A stretch of DNA of 63,430 nucleotides, taken from an uncultured Bacilli bacterium (lineage in GTDB: Bacteria; Bacillota_I; Bacilli_A; RF39; UBA660). The notes under the pieces were generated by a model that ran no database searches, was not told the origin of the DNA, and saw only the letters and a program-made list of their open reading frames with translations. The stretch is from assembly GCA_944351765.1 (NCBI GenBank), contig CALVPR010000002.1:1-63430 (forward strand), given 5' to 3'. Both the position numbers and the translations under genes were made by a program. This document shows positions 30,259 through 38,722 of this stretch, in pieces (within the stretch, counting starts at the first letter, position 1; each line of letters starts with the position of its first letter).

Positions 30259-30435
30259 TTATTGTTTATCTTCTGATCCCTTATTCATAATTAGATTTAA
30301 GTTAGAAAGAACAAAATCTTTAACAGCTTTATCAATAAAATCTTGTTGTGTCATATTTAATTCTTTTAGTATATCACGAAAAGCATCATATAACTTCTCA
30401 TCAATTTTTCCTTTAATAATGTTATTATTATTCAA
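30259..30435 (-). CDS. Small ribbon-helix-helix (CopG-like) protein
   Basis: Not in the track. TTG at 30435, 6 nt after GGAGGTGA. 58 aa: NNNNIIKGKIDEKLYDAFRDILKELNMTQQDFIDKAVKDFV... Confidence 0.5.
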   Translation of the reverse strand: MNNNNIIKGKIDEKLYDAFRDILKELNMTQQDFIDKAVKDFVLSNLNLIMNKGSEDKQ

Positions 30436-30462
30436 ATAAAATCACCTCCAATTGTTAAAAAT

Positions 30463-30516
30463 AATGTACACAAAAATGTACACGATTTTTTTAATTTTTC
30501 TAAAAATAATGTACAC
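30463..30516. promoter_or_regulatory. Three AATGTACAC repeats in the mob-operon promoter region (candidate operators)
   Basis: Copies at 30463-30471, 30475-30483 and 30508-30516, with further copies at 30741-30749 (aatgtacat) and 30785-30793. The core TGTACA is palindromic. Confidence 0.45.
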
Positions 30517-30536
30517 AGTTAAGGCATCAAAAAAAA

Positions 30537-30696
30537 CAGGATAACTGTGGCTGACAAATCAACTCCCCAGTGGGGAGTTAGCCCTAATTATAAGGGTTTG
30601 CAATCTTTTTTATTGTCCGACAATTTTATTATTGTCTGACTTATGTCATACTATATTTTTAATAAAAATGCCTAAAAACGCCCATTTGTCAGACAA
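30537..30696 (-). promoter_or_regulatory. Candidate oriT (GC-rich hairpin, ATCCTG nick-like core, TTGTCnGACAA repeats)
   Basis: Hairpin aactcccc-agt-ggggagtt (30561-30579). On the minus strand TATCCTGT (core 30537-30542) lies 18 nt 3' of the hairpin. Palindromic repeats occur at 30612-30624, 30631-40 and 30686-30696. Confidence 0.5.
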
Positions 30697-30792
30697 AAGT
30701 ATAACAATTTTGACTAATTTTAATAGGAAAAATACCCCCAAATGTACATCATTTTTCAAATTTTTATTTTTATTTTTTCAAAAAAATGTACA

Positions 30793-31023
30793 CTATATTT
30801 CAATTTTTTTATCTACATCAAACAATACTCCGTATTTATTTTCTAAAATACTAATCGCAGAATTATATACTTCATCTAAAATATTTTTATCATCAACAAC
30901 TTCTTTTGTGCATTGATAAACTAAATTATAATCAATATTACGATTATTATTTTTACTTAAAATATCAGAAACTTGTGATGCAACTTCTTCAGCTTGAGAA
31001 TTTATTTTTATTTCTTTTCTCAA
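30793..31023 (-). CDS. Small hypothetical protein
   Basis: 76 aa, last gene of the T4SS operon. No motif recognised. Confidence 0.4.
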   Translation of the reverse strand: MRKEIKINSQAEEVASQVSDILSKNNNRNIDYNLVYQCTKEVVDDKNILDEVYNSAISILENKYGVLFDVDKKIEI

Positions 31024-31039
31024 ATAATCACCTCTCTTT

Positions 31040-31534
31040 CTAATCTAAACCATTTATAACATTAATGGGATTAACAAGATTATCTTTATCAAATTTTAAA
31101 TTAGGACTCATTAAAGTAAAATGTAAATGCGTTCCTGTGCTTTTGCCTGTTGATCCAATAACACCAATTTTTTGTTTAGCTGTCACTTGTTCTCCTTCAG
31201 ATACAACAATAGAATCATCTAACATATGACCATAAGCAGAATAAAAAATTACTCCATTATAGTTATGTTCTATGTACACATAATTTCCAAGTCCATCTTC
31301 TTGAAATCCAACTTCAACAACAACTCCATCACCTGATGCAACAATATTAGTTCCCTCTAATGCACTCAAATCAATTCCTGAATGAAATGCTTGTGTTCCA
31401 CCGAAAGGATCTTCTCTATCACCAAATTCAGATGTAATTGTGTAATTTATTCCATCTTCAAATGGAGTAGTAAAGAATACTCCTGCCATAACTGAACTAT
31501 CACCACTACCTGAATCTGATGTAATCAAGACCAA
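31040..31534 (-). CDS. M23-family peptidoglycan hydrolase (T4SS cell-wall hydrolase)
   Basis: HSGIDL and GSTGKSTGTHLHF metal-ligand motifs. The frame is open upstream to 31609 and there encodes a TM anchor (IIKFIFLPLAPILFLIIFLVLI). Confidence 0.75.
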   Translation of the reverse strand: MVLITSDSGSGDSSVMAGVFFTTPFEDGINYTITSEFGDREDPFGGTQAFHSGIDLSALEGTNIVASGDGVVVEVGFQEDGLGNYVYIEHNYNGVIFYSAYGHMLDDSIVVSEGEQVTAKQKIGVIGSTGKSTGTHLHFTLMSPNLKFDKDNLVNPINVINGLD

Positions 31535-31605
31535 AAATATAATTAAAAATAATATTGGTGCTAATGGTAGAAAAATAAATTTTATTATTTGTTGTTCGGT
31601 ACTAA

Positions 31606-33963
31606 TTATCTACCACCAGCATTACCAAATAATAATTTTTCTTCTTCTCTTAAATGAATTTGAATAGGCATTCGTGTATCTTGACCAATTACAAACAATG
31701 CTTGTCCTTTACCTGCAGTTGTTAAAAACTGAACTTCTGATTCACTTAAGTTCATCATTTTTTGTACTGATTCTATTTCTCTTTGTCCCTGTGCCATAAT
31801 TATTAAATAAGTACTATTATCAATAATTACTTGCCCATATCTTTCTAAACCATCAGCAGTATAATCAATAAAGTTTTGACTTATAGTCCAAACTGCTGAA
31901 TTGTATTTACGACATCTTTTAGTACACCTTTTAAGAAAGTCAGCTCCATCAGGATTAGATGGATCAATTAAAAGATGTGATTCATCACAAACAAGAATTA
32001 CTTGCTCATCACGATTACGACTAATTTCATTCCAACACCAAGAAAGAATATTAAAAAATTGTGTACGAAGAATTGTATTATCACTATCAACAAGACTATG
32101 AATATCTAACACAATAAAGTCAGTATCCTTATCAACATTAATTGTTGATGTTCCATTAAATAATTTAGCATCAGCTCCAAATGTTGCTCTTTTTAACATA
32201 GAACTTATTTTTTCTAATGACTCTATAACATTTCTAGCATTATTATTTTGTTTTGCTATATTTAACTTTTCTAAAATTTTATTATAAAGATCTTCCATAA
32301 TAGGATAATCTTCACTTTTAAAATTAGTTAAGTCAGTTTCAAAGTCTATACCTTTATCACGATAAACCTCAATTAAAATTTCTTCAATTTTTGTTATTTC
32401 ATATGCCGATAAATCTTGAAGATAATACTTAATAAATGTTCTAAATGTTTGAAAATGTCTAGATAAATCATTAGACTTATTTTCATTTGTATCATTATCT
32501 ATCTCATCAGCACCATGTCTAACTTCTAATGGATTTATAATACCTGCAATACCAGTTCCTGCATCAATCCAAGCTCCTCCAACTGACTCGCACAAATCTC
32601 TATATTCTCGTTCAGGATCTATAATTATAACTTTAGATCCTCGACACCAAGCACCACGAACTAATTTTTTTATAAGAGTTGATTTACCACTTCCTGATTT
32701 ACCGACAATAACTGCATTTGAATTATTTCTCTTATTAGTTCTTTTCCACATATCAAAAAATAATAAACTACCAAGTGCATCATTACCAAGCATAATTGCA
32801 TCACCATCATCCTGAAGATTTTGAAATATAAAAGGAAATGAAGATGCAACAGTCATCATTGGAATAGGAAGTCCAAATTGTTTTTCTAGTTCATTATACA
32901 AAGTTGGCAAACACATCTTTAAAGATCTTTCTTGTTCGAACATCAAGTCAGCTCCACCAAGTCCATATGCTGACAAAGTATATTTTAATTCTTTTTTAGT
33001 TTTTTCTAATTGTTCTTTAGTTTCACCATAACATAAAAAATTGACCGTTAGTAAAGAAAACCTTTCATGTTCTCGGTCAATTCTATTTACAAGTTCAACA
33101 TAATCTTGCATTTGATTATTTAAAATTATCTGATCATTGTAATCACTTATATTAATCATTTTTGATTTTACTTCTGACATACTCTTTTTAAGTGTTGCCG
33201 AAATTTCTTGTGTATTCATTGGGCTAATACTAATAGTCATTCTAGTTCTATCAACATTAGCTACTGCACCAAGCCATCCAACATTTACCATTGATGGATA
33301 ACTTCGCAATGTGACTATACTTATATAAGCATCACCTAAAATTAGGTCTTTTTCCCCAATTTTAAGCCCTGTAGGGGCGATTCTCTCTTTAAACGACCTA
33401 GTTATGCCTGTAGCATCTTTTTTAAAAGAATCAAGGGATGTGACAGGATTCAAAACAACATATAATAGTTCTCGCCATTCTTCACTAGAAACGATATTTG
33501 CAGAAAGTCCGATTGCACTAAACTCCTGAATCAAATCATTTAACTTTTGTTTCAACAACTTTTCATTATCTGAATTTTCTTCTACAATTAAATAAAACTC
33601 TCTATTAACAACTGACTTCTGATTATTTAAAAATTGAATATAATCATAATCTTCTTCTAATAACCTTTGCTTATTTTTATTTTTTTCAGATCTTATTTTA
33701 GCTCCTAGTGTGTTAAGATTACTTTCCAAGTTAATAGGTTTATCTATACTAAAAATTTTAATTGGATAATCAATTGAATTTAATACTTTCTTTAGTTGAC
33801 TAACTTTTATTTTTTGTTCTTCATCAAATAGCAAAGAAAGATTGATAGATCCTATTTTTATACCACCAACAATATGATTATTGTCTAAGAAAACATAGTT
33901 ATTCCAAACATCTTGAAATGGAATAAACTCTAAAATAGTTTTAGGAAGTTTTTTAACATTCAC
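31606..33963 (-). CDS. VirB4-family conjugation ATPase (PrgJ/TcpF-like)
   Basis: 785 aa. Walker A GKSGSGKST, Walker B ILVCDESHLL. The probable start is ATA 33994-33996, 7 nt after GGGAGGG. Confidence 0.85.
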   Translation of the reverse strand: MNVKKLPKTILEFIPFQDVWNNYVFLDNNHIVGGIKIGSINLSLLFDEEQKIKVSQLKKVLNSIDYPIKIFSIDKPINLESNLNTLGAKIRSEKNKNKQRLLEEDYDYIQFLNNQKSVVNREFYLIVEENSDNEKLLKQKLNDLIQEFSAIGLSANIVSSEEWRELLYVVLNPVTSLDSFKKDATGITRSFKERIAPTGLKIGEKDLILGDAYISIVTLRSYPSMVNVGWLGAVANVDRTRMTISISPMNTQEISATLKKSMSEVKSKMINISDYNDQIILNNQMQDYVELVNRIDREHERFSLLTVNFLCYGETKEQLEKTKKELKYTLSAYGLGGADLMFEQERSLKMCLPTLYNELEKQFGLPIPMMTVASSFPFIFQNLQDDGDAIMLGNDALGSLLFFDMWKRTNKRNNSNAVIVGKSGSGKSTLIKKLVRGAWCRGSKVIIIDPEREYRDLCESVGGAWIDAGTGIAGIINPLEVRHGADEIDNDTNENKSNDLSRHFQTFRTFIKYYLQDLSAYEITKIEEILIEVYRDKGIDFETDLTNFKSEDYPIMEDLYNKILEKLNIAKQNNNARNVIESLEKISSMLKRATFGADAKLFNGTSTINVDKDTDFIVLDIHSLVDSDNTILRTQFFNILSWCWNEISRNRDEQVILVCDESHLLIDPSNPDGADFLKRCTKRCRKYNSAVWTISQNFIDYTADGLERYGQVIIDNSTYLIIMAQGQREIESVQKMMNLSESEVQFLTTAGKGQALFVIGQDTRMPIQIHLREEEKLLFGNAGGR

Positions 33964-33995
33964 TTTAACTTTATCATCGTTTGATTTAATTTTTA

Positions 33996-34286
33996 TTAAA
34001 AATCCCTCCCAATATGAATTTTAGCAAGATTTACATCTTTTAAATCTTTATCTATTTTATTTAACTTATTAGAAATAGAATTAAATCGATTATCTAATAA
34101 TATTAATGTTCTAATATACTCTGACATTGTAATTTTTCTTTGATAAGCATTTCTTTTTAACATTTGTTTCTCTTTATTACTTAATCTTAAAGTGATTAAA
34201 GTATCATATAATTTTAACTGATTACTCAAAACTATCACCAACTTTAAATATTTTTTGTAAGTGATTATTAACTCCTGCATTATCAT
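33996..34286 (-). CDS. RHH-like small protein
   Basis: ITLRLSNKEKQMLKRNAYQRKITMSEYIRTLIL has a MobC/CopG-like strand-helix-helix pattern. The annotated N-terminus overlaps the upstream ORF by 65 nt, so the start is uncertain. Confidence 0.4.
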   Translation of the reverse strand: MIMQELIITYKKYLKLVIVLSNQLKLYDTLITLRLSNKEKQMLKRNAYQRKITMSEYIRTLILLDNRFNSISNKLNKIDKDLKDVNLAKIHIGRDF

Positions 34287-34593
34287 ATTTACGAAGAATA
34301 CCCATATTCAATGTTGCAATAGGAATATCTATATAGTTGTAATTTATTACACCACAAATATCTTTAATTATTCTTTTTTTCTTTAATTCTTTTAATATTC
34401 CATCTTTTTTAACTACAGGGTCTAAAAAAACACGACCATCATCTAGATAAACATCTTCTAAATTAATCGTAAGGTCATGCCTTTCTTTATTGTTAATATA
34501 TGATAAACGGATTCTATTATTATTGTAGGTACTAACTATAATATTATAATACCCTTTGCCTAATTTTATTTTTTTCTTTTTATCTATAATCAT
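34222..34593 (-). CDS. Hypothetical protein, possibly DUF4313-like; paralogous to the C-terminal part of 35123..35614
   Basis: 123 aa. Shared pattern: NNR(I/L)...L(T/S)INL.D...F(L/I)DP..K..G(I/L)..EL...II K...YN....LNM..L+.YD..G. Confidence 0.35.
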   Translation of the reverse strand: MIIDKKKKIKLGKGYYNIIVSTYNNNRIRLSYINNKERHDLTINLEDVYLDDGRVFLDPVVKKDGILKELKKKRIIKDICGVINYNYIDIPIATLNMGILRKYDNAGVNNHLQKIFKVGDSFE

Positions 34594-34600
34594 TCCTCCT

Positions 34601-35020
34601 TTAGATTTTCATATCAAAAGAATACCCATATTTTTCTTTTGTATTTTTTATCCAGTCAATCATTTTATTCTCATTTTTATATAGTTTAGATAATTCATAA
34701 GCTACTTCTTCAGCATCAAATAAATTTTTACAATAAATACAAAACATTCCATTTTCAGAATCATAATTTAATTTTTGATTTAATTTCAAAAAGTTACTAG
34801 ATAAATAATCACTAAATAAATCATTATAGCAATGTCCATCACCATAACAACTTTTTTCTTTAACTTCAGATAACCAATCATACTGATAATCATCTTGATC
34901 CAATATTACACTATAATTATCATCATTTTTTATAATTTTAAATGGTTTTATTAATTCCTTAAATAATAAAGCAAACTCAGTACATTTATCTTTATTTTTA
35001 AAAAGTTCAGGAAAAGACAT
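34601..35020 (-). CDS. Hypothetical protein; N-terminus probably extends to 35110
   Basis: 139 aa from the ATG. The frame is open for 30 more codons (SLLQEYKGIEYLIGKGRAKALNNYLKEQK, HhH-like) back to ATT 35108-35110, 6 nt after GGAGGT. TAA lies immediately upstream. Confidence 0.4.
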   Translation of the reverse strand: MSFPELFKNKDKCTEFALLFKELIKPFKIIKNDDNYSVILDQDDYQYDWLSEVKEKSCYGDGHCYNDLFSDYLSSNFLKLNQKLNYDSENGMFCIYCKNLFDAEEVAYELSKLYKNENKMIDWIKNTKEKYGYSFDMKI

Positions 35021-35122
35021 TTTTTGCTCTTTTAAATAGTTGTTAAGTGCCTTAGCTCTTCCTTTTCCAATTAAATACTCAATGCCCTTATATTCTTGTA
35101 ATAAACTAATTTAAATACCTCC

Positions 35123-35614
35123 TTAAATAGATGGTTTAAAAGACATATCTTCTTCATAACCAATCAAACTTAAATAATTTTCATATCCTTTTGGATCATA
35201 TTCTTTTAATACATTCATATTAAATTTAACTAAATCATATTTTCCCATATTATACTGAACATTTTCCTTTATTACTTCTTTTATAATGCCACAATTAATA
35301 AGTTCTTGATAAAGACCACAATCTTTATTTATGGGATCAATAAATCCCTCGTCATAAGAATTTATTGATTCATCAGGCAAATTAATTGTAATATTTGAAA
35401 ATAGGTCATCTTGTGTATAGCATAAAATTGCTAATCTATTATTATATGAATAACTATTAATCTCAAAATATAATTCTTCATCATTAAAATTCAAACTTTT
35501 TATATGTAATTCCTCCTTTCTAGAACATCTACTTGATATTACACAAACAAAATAAAAAAAGACTAATAAAATAAATATTAGCCCAATAATAAATAACATA
35601 ATAATTCCTCCCAT
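35123..35614 (-). CDS. Membrane-anchored protein with a DUF4313-like C-terminal domain
   Basis: 163 aa with an N-terminal TM. The C-terminal half is paralogous to 34222..34593. Confidence 0.35.
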   Translation of the reverse strand: MGGIIMLFIIGLIFILLVFFYFVCVISSRCSRKEELHIKSLNFNDEELYFEINSYSYNNRLAILCYTQDDLFSNITINLPDESINSYDEGFIDPINKDCGLYQELINCGIIKEVIKENVQYNMGKYDLVKFNMNVLKEYDPKGYENYLSLIGYEEDMSFKPSI

Positions 35615-35675
35615 ATAAAAAGATTATCTTATTTTAGATAATCCTAACAATTTACTTTATAAATTATAATTGGTA

Positions 35676-36260
35676 TTATTCACAAGTTCCATTCTTACTT
35701 TTAAAATAATTTTCTATATTTGCCAATGAATCATCAATATTGTTAAAATTTACAATTTTCTTTATTTCGTTTGACATTTCTTTAGAACAACTATCACACT
35801 TGAAAAAATTATTTGTTCCAAATTCTATTTGATATCTTTCATTATCAATAGAACATATTGTAATAGCACTGCTTTCTACATTAGGATAATCATCTTTAGC
35901 AACTGTATATATTCCTAATCCTATTACTGCTACTATCATAAAAATAACATAGACAATAAAAATAATTCCTATTATTTTTATAATTTTTATTATCATACCT
36001 GCTAATCGTTCTGTATTACTTACTTTATTCATTAAAAACTCCTTTGAATCATTATCCAAAATTTCATCAATACTAATATTAAATGCTTTTGATAATTTTT
36101 TTAATTGTTCTGGATTAGGTGCTGTTTCTCCTAATTCCCAATTAGAAATAGTTTGTCTTGTAACATCAACTTTTTCTCCTAATTGCTCTTGTGAAAGCCC
36201 ACTTTTCTTTCTTAATTGTAAGATTTTATTACCTAAATTCATCTTTCTTTCTCCTTTCAC
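35676..36260 (-). CDS. Membrane-tethered XRE-family HTH regulator with a Cys-rich extracytoplasmic tail
   Basis: 194 aa. HTH LSQEQLGEKVDVTRQTISNWELGETAPN, a central TM (IIKIIGIIFIVYVIFMIVAVIGLGIY), and a C-terminal domain with 4 Cys. Confidence 0.65.
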   Translation of the reverse strand: MKGERKMNLGNKILQLRKKSGLSQEQLGEKVDVTRQTISNWELGETAPNPEQLKKLSKAFNISIDEILDNDSKEFLMNKVSNTERLAGMIIKIIKIIGIIFIVYVIFMIVAVIGLGIYTVAKDDYPNVESSAITICSIDNERYQIEFGTNNFFKCDSCSKEMSNEIKKIVNFNNIDDSLANIENYFKSKNGTCE

Positions 36261-36389
36261 AAAAAGTATATACTATTAGCATTTAACATATCTACCAAAT
36301 TTCTTTGGAAGTTTGTCAAAGTTTTTTAACATTTTAACAAATTACTATTTGTTGCTTTATTAATATACATAATTATACCATATAAAAAG

Positions 36390-36671
36390 CTACTTTAATT
36401 TATATTTTTTTTGATTTTTTTTATAAATTAAAAACTTTTTAAAAATAATTAAAGGAGTACTACCATTAGGTAAAGGTAAGAGAAGAAGAAACATTGTTAT
36501 TGGAAAGGATATAAATAAAAAGACTTTTAACCTATAATCATTAGCAAATGATTGAAAGAAAAAACCAAATCCAAAAGATATTGCCATAGCTAGTATCTCT
36601 AAAATACCAAAACCTTTAAATATTTCTTTTTTAATTTTAATATTTTTAGGTATTAAATATATTAGTACCAC
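36390..36671 (-). CDS. PrgI/VirB3-like small T4SS membrane protein
   Basis: 93 aa. IPKNIKIKKEIFKGFGILEI followed by two TMs. Overlaps the upstream VirB6-like gene by 10 nt. Confidence 0.5.
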   Translation of the reverse strand: MVLIYLIPKNIKIKKEIFKGFGILEILAMAISFGFGFFFQSFANDYRLKVFLFISFPITMFLLLLPLPNGSTPLIIFKKFLIYKKNQKKYKLK

Positions 36672-37924
36672 TTCCTATCTGAAACATTATCTTTATTATT
36701 CATATATTGATTCCTCATAGTATTGAATCTCATGTTATTAAAATTGTTAAATCCACTATTTGATGAAGTAGAACTATTACTTCCATATCTACCTTTACTA
36801 TTTTGATTTGTAAAATCTTTAGTTTGTTCCCATGCTTTTCTTGAATTATGTTGCCTAATACTTTCCTGAACAACATCTTTTTGTTCTGGTGTTAATTTTT
36901 TTCCTTTATTCATCATATTTGATAATATTGATGCACCTCCTGACACAATATTTGATCCACCACTTATAACATTAGATCCTAATGATAATGCACTAGATAT
37001 TCCTGCTGAGGCAAGACCAAGTCCTTGACCTGTTAAATGTCCCATAGCAACTAACGACTGCATATCACCCATACCTGATATTATTCCTGACTGCTGATTT
37101 AACAATGAACTTACTAAAGTTGGAGTTGATATAATAAATAACAAAGCACCTATTACTAAAAATATTCCTGTTAAAGTACCATTTTCGTTAAATGCACTAC
37201 CAAAAAGAGTTAATAATAATCCAATACCTATAAACTGAACAACAGTTACTAAAAATGCACCCATTGTCGATTTACACCATAATTCAAATGTTTTTGATTG
37301 ACCTGTTAATGCAGTGGCACAAAAAGGTCCAATAATCTTATATAATGCTATTTCCATAACTCTTTTTGCCATTTGAATTGCTATAAAAAAAAGCAAAAAT
37401 ATTGTAATAATCGCTAAAACAATTAACATAAAAAAATTAAGTGAATATTTATAACAATCACCCAATCCTACAAAACCACCCTCTGTATCATTAATGTCAA
37501 CTGTTTTCCAATTTTTTACGAAATATTCTAAATTATCAGATTCAGTTTCATTTGTGTACATCATAGATCGAACTATGGAACTTGAAATTGTAGCTTCAGC
37601 TGATGAAGATGAACTCATATCTGATACTGAAATAACTGCCTCAGTTAATCCTTTTGATATATCATGACCAAATTGAAATAATGGTGAAATTAAAAACATC
37701 ATAACTATCGCTAAAATAATACCTCTATAAACTGATAATGGTGTCTCCTTACCTTCATTACGAACAATAAAATTCATAATAAGCTCTATAACTACTTTTA
37801 ATACTAACCAACTACATGCAACTATAATTGCACCATTAAAAATTTTAGTAACATATTCATTATTAAAAAAATCATATTGCCAAATTTTATTTATAACATC
37901 AAAAAAGCCATCTAATAAAACCAA
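36662..37924 (-). CDS. VirB6/TrbL-like polytopic T4SS channel protein
   Basis: 420 aa, with at least 6 TMs and an S/N-rich C-terminal tail. The probable start is ATA 38012-38014, 7 nt after GGAGGA, with TAA immediately upstream. Confidence 0.55.
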   Translation of the reverse strand: MVLLDGFFDVINKIWQYDFFNNEYVTKIFNGAIIVACSWLVLKVVIELIMNFIVRNEGKETPLSVYRGIILAIVMMFLISPLFQFGHDISKGLTEAVISVSDMSSSSSAEATISSSIVRSMMYTNETESDNLEYFVKNWKTVDINDTEGGFVGLGDCYKYSLNFFMLIVLAIITIFLLFFIAIQMAKRVMEIALYKIIGPFCATALTGQSKTFELWCKSTMGAFLVTVVQFIGIGLLLTLFGSAFNENGTLTGIFLVIGALLFIISTPTLVSSLLNQQSGIISGMGDMQSLVAMGHLTGQGLGLASAGISSALSLGSNVISGGSNIVSGGASILSNMMNKGKKLTPEQKDVVQESIRQHNSRKAWEQTKDFTNQNSKGRYGSNSSTSSNSGFNNFNNMRFNTMRNQYMNNKDNVSDRKWY

Positions 37925-38101
37925 AATACCTTTTCCAATTGCCCATAAAACACTACGAAAAATATCAGTATACCAATGTTGCTCAACAGGTGTTATATTT
38001 AATATTTGAATTATTTACAATTCCTCCTATGCATTTCATAATTTCCTTATATTTTTTTACATTTTATTTAAATCTCTACTTTTTTACAAAAAATTGTTTT
38101 T

Positions 38102-38722
38102 TTAATATTTTTCTTTTGAAAGTAATTCAGCAATAAATACTATTTGATAATCTGTACCATCCCTACAAGTTATTAATACTAAATATGTCTTGTTTATATC
38201 TCTCTTTATTTCTACCTTTCCAGTCTTTTTAACATCATAAATATTTACTACTTTGTAAGAATACTTATATCCACTATAGTAAACATACACATTATCATTA
38301 AGCGATAACTTATGTAAATTTTTAAAATGAGAAAAAGTTCCTGATCCTGAATGTCCTGCCAATATAAAAGTTCCATTAACTTTATCAGGCATATCAGATT
38401 TATTAATTATTTGAATATTTTTATTTACATTATTGTTGATATCATTAACATCATAAAATCCTTTTTGCAAACTTATAATTGGTATTTCTAATATTCCAAT
38501 ATAATTATTTTCTTGATCCAAATTTGTTTTTTCTTCTTCTATAACTATATTTTCTTCTTTTGAAGTTTCTTTATAAAAAAATTGCTCAATTTTTAATTCT
38601 TCTTGTTTTTCTTGATATTGATTATAAATATATGGGAAAATAAATACTCCAATACCAAAAATAATAAGTAAAGAGCCAAATATTACATGGCTCTTACTTT
38701 CTTTTATATTTATCATAAGCAA
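38102..38722 (-). CDS. Sortase (ICE-encoded)
   Basis: 206 aa. N-terminal TM, active-site His in ILAGHSG and Cys in LVLITCRDG. Overlaps the adhesin gene by 29 nt. Confidence 0.8.
   Translation of the reverse strand: MLMINIKESKSHVIFGSLLIIFGIGVFIFPYIYNQYQEKQEELKIEQFFYKETSKEENIVIEEEKTNLDQENNYIGILEIPIISLQKGFYDVNDINNNVNKNIQIINKSDMPDKVNGTFILAGHSGSGTFSHFKNLHKLSLNDNVYVYYSGYKYSYKVVNIYDVKKTGKVEIKRDINKTYLVLITCRDGTDYQIVFIAELLSKEKY

Noticed and set aside
30463-30793. The repeated ATGTACAC and TTGTCnGACAA motifs as a CRISPR-like array.
   Set aside because: The repeats are only 9-13 bp with irregular spacing, and no cas genes are present. They fit operator or oriT repeats instead.
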